From Desulfatiglandales bacterium (lineage in GTDB: Bacteria; Desulfobacterota; DSM-4660; Desulfatiglandales; Desulfatiglandaceae), in assembly GCA_963662465.1 (NCBI GenBank), contig OY759599.1, positions 3,712,001-3,776,000 on the forward strand: a DNA stretch of 64,000 nt. The letters run 5' to 3'. Under the pieces are notes generated by a model. It was not told the origin of the DNA. It made no database searches and saw nothing but the letters and a program-made list of their open reading frames with translations. The translations under genes and the position numbers were made by a program. Each line of letters opens with the position of its first letter. Position 1 is the stretch's first letter. This document shows positions 1-10,291 of this stretch, in pieces.

Positions 1-1
1 T

Positions 2-1165
2 CCTGAACCCCAGCCCACCTTCACCGCGCTCCCCTTCTCGAATGATATGTTCTGGGAATCCTGGGTCAGCGCAATGAGCCCTGACGGAAAGAGACTGGCC
101 GGTGGCTGTCGAGCCGAGAACTATGAAGTTGAAGCGGTGCTTTGGGTCGATGGGAAACTTGTCGATCTGGGACACATGGGTCTGCCGGAACCGGAACCAC
201 GAACCAGTTACGCCACCGGGACCACCGATAGCGGCGTGGTAATAGGCGGCGAGGGCTATGCGAATCTCACGCCGACAGCCTATTATTACGATGATCAAAC
301 ATGGACTCAGATCGTAAACCCGACCACGGAAAGGCCCGCCATGGAGGCCACCGGCATTTCTTCGGACGGCACCGTCATCGTTGGAAACACGACCGACGTT
401 ATTGACAACGAGGGCGCGGAAGAGCAATTCGAAGGGGGGTATTCGTGGGACCGAATCACTGGTGAATATAAACTGGCGCCATCGTCCTTTTTTGCTGACA
501 TCTGCGACAGTTACGCGGATTGTCACATCTTCTTTTCATCGGTGACCGCCGACGGGAAAGCCATCGTGGGAAGCGATACTTACAGCACTGAAAGTGCGAC
601 CACGAATGGTTCTTATTTCGTGGACAGGTCTTGTATGGACACATCCTGCGAGGTTCTGGCGCCGGCGGCGGAACTTGCGGCAGAAGATAAGTTGGTCCCG
701 GTTTACTATGAACTGGCGGGCCACGTCCCGCCCGTTCGCCTCCCGCTGCCAGGCAATTACCCCAAAGGTGTGGCTCAGGGTATTTCCCGGAACGGCTCCT
801 ATATGGTGGGAGCGGCGTTGGGCAACTTGATGCCCACCATCGCGGTCTACTGGGATCAGAACATGGCCGTTCACATAATCGGAAGTCTGGGACCGGACAC
901 CAATTACCACGACACCCTGGCATACAGTGTCACTGATGATGGCAGTACCATTGTCGGCCGTTCCAATGGGAAGGCATTCATTTTCACTACAACAGACGGC
1001 CTGATGGCATTGGAAGACTATTTGAAAGAAATCGGTCTTGGAGATGCTTTGGCGGAGTGGGAACTCCTAACGGCCACGGCCATATCCCCAGACGGACATT
1101 ACATCGCCGGCACCGGCATTTATAGGGAACATTATCCAAGGGGATACGTGGTTTATATTCCTTGA
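2..1165 (+). CDS. Extracellular HAF-repeat (beta-propeller-like) protein, 5' partial
   Basis: Repeated 'A.GIS.DG..IVG' units (ATGISSDGTVIVG, AQGISRNGSYMVG, AYSVTDDGSTIVG, ATAISPDGHYIAG); the frame is open back to the window edge. Confidence 0.7.
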   Translation, partial: PEPQPTFTALPFSNDMFWESWVSAMSPDGKRLAGGCRAENYEVEAVLWVDGKLVDLGHMGLPEPEPRTSYATGTTDSGVVIGGEGYANLTPTAYYYDDQTWTQIVNPTTERPAMEATGISSDGTVIVGNTTDVIDNEGAEEQFEGGYSWDRITGEYKLAPSSFFADICDSYADCHIFFSSVTADGKAIVGSDTYSTESATTNGSYFVDRSCMDTSCEVLAPAAELAAEDKLVPVYYELAGHVPPVRLPLPGNYPKGVAQGISRNGSYMVGAALGNLMPTIAVYWDQNMAVHIIGSLGPDTNYHDTLAYSVTDDGSTIVGRSNGKAFIFTTTDGLMALEDYLKEIGLGDALAEWELLTATAISPDGHYIAGTGIYREHYPRGYVVYIP

Positions 1166-1269
1166 CCATCATCGGGAGGGTGGCGGACTGGGGTTTGGAA
1201 GGTACTGAAACTGGCATTTTTTTGGATGACCTTGGCCGGGTATAGCTCCAACTTATCAGGTGGCTACCG

Positions 1270-1298
1270 GGTTGACATATGAGCCACATATGTCAACC
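1270..1298. repeat. Perfect 12-bp inverted repeat GGTTGACATATG-N5-CATATGTCAACC between convergent genes
   Basis: Read directly from the sequence; function (terminator or operator) unknown. Confidence 0.6.
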
Positions 1299-1615
1299 GA
1301 GCATGATTAAATTTGCCACTTTATTAATCGTCCAATACCACTATATCTGGTGGTCGAGACCTTTTAAAATTGTTAATCCAAAAGTCAACAATACCTATAT
1401 TAATCCCGAATTTGAATATTTTCGAAAAGGGTGAAGAATTGATCTGCCAGTCCCAGCCCAGCTTACCACTCTGCTGTGGCAAGAAATCCATCCTTCAATT
1501 GTGTTTCAGCAACCAGAATGGTCGCTATTATTTCCTTCGGTGGACCAGCAAATTGGTGTCCAAGTGCATCCTCCAGGGGGAGTCGGCTTCAAAGGCCGGC
1601 GTGGAGACAAAGAAC

Positions 1616-3670
1616 TTAACCCTTAAACTCCAAAACCGAGGCTCGCCGCCTCAACCTCACTTTCTGGGAAAGAATAACAAAACCGTAAACAGCCAGGCCC
1701 AGCGAAAAAAAGTAATATTTCAAAGCCATGTCCACATGAAACAGGGCCGCAACGGCCCCCGGATGAAACAGGATGAAGGCCGCTCCAATGAGAAATGGAA
1801 TTTCATACCAGCGGTTGCGGGTCAGACACCACCCCTGGGCAAAGCACTCAAAGGCCGACATGCCCACGAGCGCCATACCGAAGATCAAGAGCGCCTGAGG
1901 CCAACTGCTGATGCCATACAGTATCAGATCCGGATTAAACACAAACATAAAGGCGATACAGCTGGTTCGGATATCATACAAAAACCCCTGTATGCCGGTG
2001 GGGATGGGATCGGATTCCGCGATGGCGGACGCCGCATAGGCGGCAAGGCCCACCGGCGGCGTATCATCGGCCAATATCCCGAAATAGAAACAGAACAGAT
2101 GCGCTGCCATCAGGGGAACAACAAGGCCGTACAGCCCCCCCACTTCAACAATGATCGGCGCAGTCAGGGACGCCATGACAATATAGGTGGCGGTTGTGGG
2201 CAGGCCCATGCCGATCATGAGACTTGCAAAAGCCGAAATAAGCAGCAGCAGGAAGATGTTCCCTCCGGAGAGATATTCAACGATGCCGGCGATCATCCCA
2301 CCGATCCCCATGTTCACCACGCCCACGATAATGCCTGCGCAGGCGCAGGCAAGGGCCACGGACATCATATTCCTGGAACCTTGCACAAAACCGCCCAGAA
2401 TAATGCCGAGGCTATTCCCGATGGCCCCCTTGACGCTTTTTTGTTCCGCCATGGCCTTTTTAATCTCCTGATAAAAAATCACCGGAAACAGGAGCAGAAT
2501 CGACTTCAAAGCCGCCATTTCGGGGGAATGCCGCTGCCAGATCAGTTCGTACAGAAGCATTCCAATGGGAATCAAATAGTGAATGCCACCCTTGAGGGTA
2601 CGAAAAAACCGGGGGATATCTTGCGGTGAAAGGCCCTTGATGCCCAGCTTGGAGGCCTCCAGATGGGTAATGCAAAACAGTCCAAAGTAAGAGGCGAATG
2701 CCGGAATAGCGGCGGCTTTCACCACCGCCAGATAGGGGACATTCACATATTCGGCAATAATAAATGCGGCAGCCCCCATGATGGGCGGCATCAATTGGCC
2801 GTCCGTACTGGCGGCCACTTCAATGGCCGCGGCCTTTTTCGCGGGGTAACCGATTTTTTTCATCAAGGGGATGGTAAACGGTCCAGTGGTCACAATGTTG
2901 GCGATGCTGGATCCGGACACAAGACCCGTTGCCCCGCTGGCCATCACGGCCGCCTTTGCGGCCCCGCCCTTGTATCGGCCCAGTAACGCCAGTGCAAGGC
3001 GAGTAAAAAAGCGCCCGGCGCCGGCCTTATCCAAAAGTGCGCCCAGCAGGACGAAAAGGTATACGATGGAACATGAAACACCCAGCGGAATGCCGTAGAT
3101 GCCTTCGGTTGAAAGCGAAATATTGCTCAGATAACGGCTCAGAGAAACGCCCTTAAAGGCCAGAAAGTCTGGCATATGGGGGCCTGAAAACGCATAACCG
3201 GTAAACAACAGGGCGATGACGGGAAGTGCCGGACCGATGATCCGCCGGGTGGCTTCGAGCAATAAAATGACCAGGATGCTTCCCATAATCAGGTCCCGAA
3301 CAGTCGGGATACCAGCTCTCATGGCAATCCCCTGATAGTCCAGAACGATATAAAGCGCGGCCAAAACGCCGGATACGGCTAACCCGTAATCCACTGCCGG
3401 AATCCGATCCTTGACCGAAAGGAAAGCGCAAAACTTGATAGGTTTCCTCATGCACGGGTTCACCAGAAAAAGAAGGACCATGGCGAAAGCCAGATGAATG
3501 GCCCGTTCTTTGGTGCTGTCAATGATGAGGAAGCAGGGAAGCGATAGTTGAAAAAGCGCCCACAATATGGCGATTAGGGAAACCAGCCAGGCTTCAAGGG
3601 GGGGCAAATCCCGAATAAAGCCACTTTCCGTTTTCAGCAACGCTTCAGCGGATTTTTCTTTGAACATCAC
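1616..3670 (-). CDS. TRAP transporter fused permease (4TM/12TM, TAXI-type)
   Basis: Highly hydrophobic; motifs GIYGIPLGVS, SGSSIANIVTTG, EVAASTDGQLMPPIMGAAAFI, GMGLPTTATY, ADDTPPV. Confidence 0.9.
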   Translation of the reverse strand: MMFKEKSAEALLKTESGFIRDLPPLEAWLVSLIAILWALFQLSLPCFLIIDSTKERAIHLAFAMVLLFLVNPCMRKPIKFCAFLSVKDRIPAVDYGLAVSGVLAALYIVLDYQGIAMRAGIPTVRDLIMGSILVILLLEATRRIIGPALPVIALLFTGYAFSGPHMPDFLAFKGVSLSRYLSNISLSTEGIYGIPLGVSCSIVYLFVLLGALLDKAGAGRFFTRLALALLGRYKGGAAKAAVMASGATGLVSGSSIANIVTTGPFTIPLMKKIGYPAKKAAAIEVAASTDGQLMPPIMGAAAFIIAEYVNVPYLAVVKAAAIPAFASYFGLFCITHLEASKLGIKGLSPQDIPRFFRTLKGGIHYLIPIGMLLYELIWQRHSPEMAALKSILLLFPVIFYQEIKKAMAEQKSVKGAIGNSLGIILGGFVQGSRNMMSVALACACAGIIVGVVNMGIGGMIAGIVEYLSGGNIFLLLLISAFASLMIGMGLPTTATYIVMASLTAPIIVEVGGLYGLVVPLMAAHLFCFYFGILADDTPPVGLAAYAASAIAESDPIPTGIQGFLYDIRTSCIAFMFVFNPDLILYGISSWPQALLIFGMALVGMSAFECFAQGWCLTRNRWYEIPFLIGAAFILFHPGAVAALFHVDMALKYYFFSLGLAVYGFVILSQKVRLRRRASVLEFKG

Positions 3671-3851
3671 CCTTCAGTTTACGTCTGATCATTAAATAGC
3701 CCCCGGCGACAAAAAACAGACCCGCAATGAACATCACGTTGTTACCGCTGTTCATACCGTATACCACACCGGAAACACCCAGGATGCAACAGAGGGTCGC
3801 AATGGTTTTATCCCTTTTTGTTTTCATAACGAGCCAAGGCTTCTTAATCAT
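3645..3851 (-). CDS. Small two-TM membrane protein
   Basis: Two hydrophobic segments; ATG overlaps the rhlB stop (ATGA) and the end overlaps the TRAP gene start. Confidence 0.6.
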   Translation of the reverse strand: MIKKPWLVMKTKRDKTIATLCCILGVSGVVYGMNSGNNVMFIAGLFFVAGGYLMIRRKLKGDVQRKIR

Positions 3852-5455
3852 GTTCCAGAGACGCCGACCACCTTTGGTTTATTTGAGGATCGAGGACGTC
3901 TTATGGGGGGTTTGCGTACCCCCGACCCCCGCTTCGGATGCCGTTTTGCGGACGGTGAAGACGCCTTTTTTCCGGCATAAGCACCCTTTTGGGTGGCAGG
4001 CTTTTTCAGAGGAGGCGGCGGCAATAATGTCAACATAGCTTCATCCGGCTGCTCGCAAACAAGGGAATTTCCAAGAAATTCCTCAATGGCCGGAATATAA
4101 AACGAATCGTCCTCACAGGCAAAACTCACCGAAATCCCGGAGGCCCCGGCACGACCCGTGCGACCAATACGATGCACATAATCCTCAGGATCCTGTGGCA
4201 GGGTGAAATTGATGACATGGCTGATGCCCTCCACGTGCAACCCACGCGCCGCCACATCCGTGGCCACCAACACGCGAACATGCCCGTTACGAAAATCCTC
4301 AAGGGTTTTGATCCGCTTATTTTGGGGAACTTCTCCGGATAGGATCGCGCAATTGATCCGGTAGCGCTGCAAGCGCTCGGACAGGCGGCGAGTTTGGTCC
4401 CGGCGATTGACAAACACCAGTACCCGCTCCAGTTTCTGCCCGACAATCAGGTTTAATAAAAGCGCGAATTTTTCGTCAGACGTAACAATATAGACCAGTT
4501 GCTTGACCGATTCAGCCGCCACATGGTCGGGTTCAATCTCCACGTGAACCGGATTTCGGGTCCATTGCTCTGCCAATCGTTCCACCTCCGGCTTCAAGGT
4601 GGCGCTGAAAAACATGGTTTGACGCTCGTTTTTATGGGGAGTGCTATGGACAATCTTTCGGATATCCGGAATAAACCCCATATCGAGCATACGATCGGCT
4701 TCATCGATCACCAGGATTTCAACTTTGTTAAGATGAAGGATTTTCTGCCTCTGGAAATCAAGCAAACGACCCGGCGTCGCTACCATGATGTCAATGGGGT
4801 TTTTTATCAGCACCTGCTTTTGTTTATCATATTGCATACCGCCCAGTATGGACTGAACGCGAACATGGGTATGTTTTCCGATGTCGCGAGCGTCTTTTTC
4901 AATTTGCAGCACCAGTTCCCGCGTGGGCGCCATAATTAAAACCCGAGGCGCTCCCCGCAATCGTTTTCCTTTAATGGGGTTCTTTAAGAGATGCGCATAG
5001 ATATTGATTAAAAAAGCAGCGCTCTTTCCGGTGCCGGTCTGTGCCTTTCCGGTGACATCCGACCCGGATAAGGCCTTTGGAAGGATCTCCGCCTGAATCG
5101 GCGTACAATATTCAAATCCCAGATCCGAAATGGCGTGCATAATACTCGCCGGAAGCCCCAGGTCGTGAAACCGACACTGTCCATCCACCTCGGGAACCAC
5201 AAATTGGGAAGTCTCCCAGGAAGGTCGAGGGACACTTTTATGGGAAGGGTCGGACATGGGTTTTCCGGATGTGCCTTTTCCTACCGCCGGCAAGGCATCT
5301 GCCAAAGGCTTTGCAAAAACAGGCAAAACAGGTTTAGGTTTATCCGGGGTAGTTCTTTGGACCGGTGGTGCTGAAAGCGTTTTTTTTGAGGACGATTTTT
5401 TTAGAACAGTGTTTTTTAGGAAGGCACGAACTTCTTGAAATAAATGTTTAATCAA
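3848..5455 (-). CDS. rhlB: DEAD-box RNA helicase RhlB-like
   Basis: Q motif, AQTGTGKS, PTREL, TPGRLLD, DEAD, SAT, HRIGRTGRAG; likely TTG start at 5455 with AAAGGA RBS. Confidence 0.85.
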   Translation of the reverse strand: MIKHLFQEVRAFLKNTVLKKSSSKKTLSAPPVQRTTPDKPKPVLPVFAKPLADALPAVGKGTSGKPMSDPSHKSVPRPSWETSQFVVPEVDGQCRFHDLGLPASIMHAISDLGFEYCTPIQAEILPKALSGSDVTGKAQTGTGKSAAFLINIYAHLLKNPIKGKRLRGAPRVLIMAPTRELVLQIEKDARDIGKHTHVRVQSILGGMQYDKQKQVLIKNPIDIMVATPGRLLDFQRQKILHLNKVEILVIDEADRMLDMGFIPDIRKIVHSTPHKNERQTMFFSATLKPEVERLAEQWTRNPVHVEIEPDHVAAESVKQLVYIVTSDEKFALLLNLIVGQKLERVLVFVNRRDQTRRLSERLQRYRINCAILSGEVPQNKRIKTLEDFRNGHVRVLVATDVAARGLHVEGISHVINFTLPQDPEDYVHRIGRTGRAGASGISVSFACEDDSFYIPAIEEFLGNSLVCEQPDEAMLTLLPPPPLKKPATQKGAYAGKKASSPSAKRHPKRGSGVRKPPIRRPRSSNKPKVVGVSGT

Positions 5456-5610
5456 CGATTTTCCTTTCACACGAATACCGTAAAACAGGCAAGGCGTACA
5501 GCAGTTTGGTCTAAATAATGTGGTTCCATACCGAACCAACGGCATTGCACCCCTCGGTTAACCAGGATGGAACCACAAAATGAGTTGAAATGTTTTAAGG
5601 TCTCAGAGGA

Positions 5611-7460
5611 CTAGTCATTCACCATGGATGCCACACTATCCTGCGAATCGTCCGACTCCAAATCCATCATTTTTTCTTTCAGCAAGGCGCCCAAATTGGA
5701 AGTTGCCTTTTCCTGGTTATTCACATAATTGGTATAAACCTTTTTCTCAGACTTTCTTGCAGTTTTCGAATGGAAAGGCCGATTCTTTTATCCTTCTGGG
5801 AAACATTCACGACCTCGGCATCCAGTTCATCGCCGACCTGAAAATCCTTCAAGTCCTTTGTCCCCTGCTGGGTCTTGGGAAGCTGGGAAACATGGATCAA
5901 ACCTTCAATCCCTTCTTCCAATTCCACAAAGAGGCCAAAATCGGTAATATTGGTGACCTTGCCCGAAACCCGGGTGCCGGGTTTATACTTCTCGGGAATC
6001 TCATTCCATGGGTCGGGCGTCAAATGTTTGATCCCGAGAGAAAAATGTTCGTTCTCTTTATCAATGCGCAGAATCACCGCTCTTACATCATCGCCCTTCT
6101 TGTAAAGCTCCGAAGGATGTTTGATCTGCTTGGTCCAGGAGATATCGGAAATATGGACAAGACCGTCAATGCCCTTGTCAATACCGACAAAAACACCGAA
6201 ATCGGTAATATTCTTGATCTTTCCTTCGATGATGGCGCCGATTGGATATTCCTCTGTGATGACGTCCCAGGGATTGGGCTCAAGCTGCTTGACGCTTAGA
6301 GAGATCCGCTTTTTGGCCACATCCATGCTCAACACCATGGTTTCGACCATATCGCCCACACGAAAGAGTTCCGAAGGGTGCATCACTTTCCGGGTCCAGC
6401 TCATCTCGGAAATGTGGACAAGACCTTCAACCCCTTCTTCCAATTCCACAAAGGCGCCATACTTTTTCAGCGTTGCAATACGTCCCGGAACCTGGGCGCT
6501 CACGGGATATTTTTCTTCTATCCCCGTCCATGGGTCGGATGTCAATTGCTTGATGCCAAGCGAAACCCTTTCCTTTTCCCGATCAAAGCTCAATACTTTT
6601 ACCTTGATCGTGTCGCCGATCTGGTATAGTTCGGACGGATGTCCGGTCTTGCTCCAGGCAATGTTGGTCACATGAACCAGGCCGTCAATACCGCCCAAAT
6701 CGATAAACAAACCATAATCTGTAATATTGGTGACCGCGCCCTCGACCACGACGCCCTCTTCAAGGTTTTCAAGGACTTTTTCCCGCAGAGCCGCTCGCTC
6801 CACTTCCAGGACTGCCCGTCTTGACAAGACGATATTTCCCTGGCGCCGTTCATACTTGATAATCTTGAAATCATGCTCAACACCCACCAGAACATCCAGA
6901 TCCTTCACCGGTCTGAGATCCGCCTGGGAACCGGGCAAAAAAGCCTGAAGACCCACATCCACTGAAAGGCCCCCTTTTACCCTGGAAATAATTTTACCTT
7001 TGATGGTTTCATTATCCTTGTAAGCCTTTTCAATATCATCCCATATCTTGACGCGCGCGGCCTTTTCCTTGGAGAGAACGATGTTGCCGTCTTTGTCCTC
7101 CTTGCGCACCAAGAGGACGTCCACGGTATCGCCCACCCGGACAATGAGATTGCCTTCGAGATCTTTAAATTCGTTGATGCGGATTTGTCCTTCCGATTTG
7201 TATCCAATGTCAACCAGCACGAATTCATTGTCGATTTGGACAACCTCGCCACTGACGATTTTCCCTTCTTGAATACTCTTCAGACTTTCTTCGAACATCT
7301 CCATGAAGGAACGTTCATCCTCGGCGTCCGTCCCGCTTTCGCTGGAATCATTCGCCAATTCCTCGGTAATGCCATCTGAATTCGCCCAAATGGCGGCATT
7401 TATGTTTTCGGTTTCTAATGATCCACTTTCGGACATTTCGTTTGTTCCTTTACTCATCAA
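5611..7460 (-). CDS. rpsA: 30S ribosomal protein S1 (1-nt frameshift near 5753; uninterrupted ORF 5721-7460)
   Basis: Six S1 domains (VLVDIGYKSEG, AFLPGSQ, NITDYGLFIDLGG, GLVHISEMSW etc.); the typical tail YVNNQEKATSNLGALLK continues in another frame to TAG at 5611. Confidence 0.93.
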
Positions 7461-7514
7461 CTTGCGTACCCCCCGGTTTAATTAAGATTTTTGATTTTCA
7501 TCAAACAATCAGCC

Positions 7515-7554
7515 AAAAAACAAGGGCATCCCGTGTCAACGCACCAAGATGCCC
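7515..7554 (-). terminator. Terminator-like hairpin in the rpsA leader
   Basis: GGGCATC...GATGCCC stem followed by TTGTTTTTT on the minus strand, ~55 nt upstream of the rpsA start. Confidence 0.4.
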
Positions 7555-7773
7555 CTCATCAATCGTTCCAAAAATACAGTTCTAAAGGTTTTCGACCCGC
7601 CGCAACCATCTCTCCACGGATCTTGGGCTATTTTCTTTGACGTCAAAACACACTCAGCCGCCTTCATCAACGTTGATTTCAGGCGAGCGGGATGGTGAAG
7701 CGGCAAACAGGCGAGGCCCCTCCACGTTCAATAAATTAAAAAAACTTATTCCTTAGACTTAACAACATTCGGT

Positions 7774-7801
7774 ATATTAACCATATGGATTTAAATGTCA
7801 A
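7774..7801 (-). promoter_or_regulatory. Putative sigma70 promoter for the rpsA leader
   Basis: TTGACA-16 nt-TAATAT on the minus strand. Confidence 0.5.
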
Positions 7802-8006
7802 CAAAAAACCACCCTTTTCGAAGGGCTTTTTAGAAATCACACCTCATTTGGCCCTGGCGCTTTTCTTCTTGCGTTACGGGTCGGGATGGTTATTGTGGTG
7901 CTGTCGGCTGGCGTGGTTTTTTTCATTTTGGAAAAAACCGCAATGCCAAAACCCCTGGAAAGCCAGATACACCATCAGTAACAGGGTGTAAAGCAATAAA
8001 TCAAAA

Positions 8007-10181
8007 ATGTCAAAAAAACAGCATTCCTTTTTTGCCACCTGCCCTAAAGGTATCGATGAAGTCCTTTACCATGAAATTCTTTCGATGGGCATCTCACACG
8101 TAAAGCAAACCCGTTCAGGGGTTTATTTCAAAGGCGACCTTCAGGCCGCCTACAAAGTCTGCCTCTGGTCCCGTCTTGCCAATCGTGTTTTCCTCCCCCT
8201 GGCCCGCTTCGAGGCAAAGACGCCCGATGAACTCTATACGCAAGTCTACGAATCGGTACAATGGCATGACCACCTGAAGGTAAATAACACCATTGCCGTT
8301 GATTTTACAGCCAACCACGCCAACGCCTTCCATTCTCACTACGCGGCCCTTCGTGTTAAAGATGCCGTCGCCGACCAGTTTCGCGATAGATATGGATCCC
8401 GCCCATCCGTTGACAAGGAAAATCCCGATGTTCGCATCAATGTATTTATGAAGGGTGACCTGGCGCAAGTTTCCCTGGATTTGAGCGGCAACAGTCTCCA
8501 CAAACGCGGCTATCGCCTCGAGGGCGGCAAAGCGCCGCTAAAGGAAAATCTGGCCGCCGCGATATTAGTCCGCGCAAATTGGCCCGAATTGGCCCGAACC
8601 GGCGCCCCGCTCGTGGATCCCCTGTGCGGATCGGGAACCCTTCTGATTGAAGGCGCGCTCGTGGCCATGGACAGGGCGCCGGGGCTTTCGAGATCCGCCT
8701 TTGGCTTCACAAAGTGGAAACAGCATGACCCGGCGGCCTGGCATGCCCTGTTGGCGGAAGCAAAGGCACGGGCGGAAAAAGGAATTCAAATCACTACCGG
8801 AAATTTTTTCGGTTTTGACGCGGATCATGAGATTATTGCCCAGGCAAAAGCCAACGCGATCCGTGCAAGCGTTGAGAAGGTGGTTTCATTTCAGGTTCAG
8901 GAACTTCAAAACCTCAAGGCGCCGAAGACAAAAAATCCTGGATTACTGATTGCCAATCCGCCCTACGGCGAACGGATGGGCAAAACAACAAACCTTGAAA
9001 ATCTATACAAAACCCTTGGGAATCAACTGAAGCAGCACTATAAAGGCTGGTCGGCTGGGGTATTTACCGCTTATCCGGACCTGGCCAAAAAAATGGGCAT
9101 CCGGTCCAATAAACAATACCACCTCTTTAATGGTCCCATTCCCTGCAAACTGCTCAAGTTTGACATCCAGGAAAAATGGGTCATGCACGAAAGGTTGCCC
9201 GGTCGCCCGTTGTCTCAAACCGGCAAAACCATTGATATCGACCCAACGTCGGAGATGTTTCAAAATCGACTTAAAAAGAACCTGAGAATCCTTGGGAAAT
9301 GGGCGCGCAAGGAGGGGATCACCTGCTATCGGCTCTACGATGCGGACATGCCCGAATATGCCGTGGCCATCGATGTTTATCAAGACCACTTGCACGTTCA
9401 AGAGTACAGGGCGCCTGACACTGTTTCTCCTGAAAAAGCAAGAAAGCGGTTGAAACAGGTCCTGACCGTCTTGCCCGAGGTACTCCGCATACCGCCTGAA
9501 AAAATCATTTTCAAGATGAGAGAAAAGAAAAAGGGCGACACACAATATGAGCGGTTTGATTCCCGAGGCCATTTTTTTGAGATTAGAGAAAACAGCCTGC
9601 GGTTTCTGGTAAACCTGACCGATTACCTGGATACCGGCCTGTTCCTGGACCAGAGACTTTTGCGCCAATGGGTGAGAGAGCAGGCGTGGGGAAAACGCGT
9701 ATTAAATCTGTTCTGTTACACCGCAACGGCTACGGTCTACGCTGCTTCAGGCGGCGCCGCCACCACCAAGAGCGTGGATATGAGCAAGACCTACCTTGGC
9801 TGGGCAAAGAAGAACCTGGGCCTCAACCATTACGATAACGCCAACCACCAGCTGGTGCAAGCCGACTGCCTGGAATGGATTGCCGCCTGCAAAGAGAAAT
9901 ACGACCTGATTTATCTGGATCCCCCCACCTTTTCCAATTCCAAACGAATGAAAATCGCCTTTGACATCCAGCGGGACCACATGCAGTTGCTGTCTCAAAC
10001 CCTGCGCCTTCTAGCCCCCGACGGGACCCTCATATTTTCCTGCAATCATCGGAAATTTAAACTGGCCCCGGAAGCCAAGGAGCGATGGGACGTTAAGGAT
10101 ATCACCCGGCCCACTATTCCGAGGGATTTTCAAAGAAACCAACGCATCCACAACGCTTTTGAGATCAAAAAACGAATCTGA
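8007..10181 (+). CDS. rlmKL: Bifunctional 23S rRNA methyltransferase RlmKL
   Basis: THUMP region, LHKRGYR, APLKENLAAA, DPLCGSGT, NPPYG; second MTase with YLDTGLFLD, LNLFCYT, DPPTFSNSK. Confidence 0.95.
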   Translation: MSKKQHSFFATCPKGIDEVLYHEILSMGISHVKQTRSGVYFKGDLQAAYKVCLWSRLANRVFLPLARFEAKTPDELYTQVYESVQWHDHLKVNNTIAVDFTANHANAFHSHYAALRVKDAVADQFRDRYGSRPSVDKENPDVRINVFMKGDLAQVSLDLSGNSLHKRGYRLEGGKAPLKENLAAAILVRANWPELARTGAPLVDPLCGSGTLLIEGALVAMDRAPGLSRSAFGFTKWKQHDPAAWHALLAEAKARAEKGIQITTGNFFGFDADHEIIAQAKANAIRASVEKVVSFQVQELQNLKAPKTKNPGLLIANPPYGERMGKTTNLENLYKTLGNQLKQHYKGWSAGVFTAYPDLAKKMGIRSNKQYHLFNGPIPCKLLKFDIQEKWVMHERLPGRPLSQTGKTIDIDPTSEMFQNRLKKNLRILGKWARKEGITCYRLYDADMPEYAVAIDVYQDHLHVQEYRAPDTVSPEKARKRLKQVLTVLPEVLRIPPEKIIFKMREKKKGDTQYERFDSRGHFFEIRENSLRFLVNLTDYLDTGLFLDQRLLRQWVREQAWGKRVLNLFCYTATATVYAASGGAATTKSVDMSKTYLGWAKKNLGLNHYDNANHQLVQADCLEWIAACKEKYDLIYLDPPTFSNSKRMKIAFDIQRDHMQLLSQTLRLLAPDGTLIFSCNHRKFKLAPEAKERWDVKDITRPTIPRDFQRNQRIHNAFEIKKRI

Positions 10182-10291
10182 AAACCAGGGAAAAATCCTT
10201 GTAGAACCGTAAAAAAATAGGATTGTCGCCTCTCCCATAATGTGCTATGAGTAGCTCGATTTTCAAAAAATCCTCATAACAGAGAAAACAA

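Noticed and set aside
1370..2629. 419-aa plus-strand ORF
   Set aside because: Antisense shadow of the TRAP permease; no recognisable motifs
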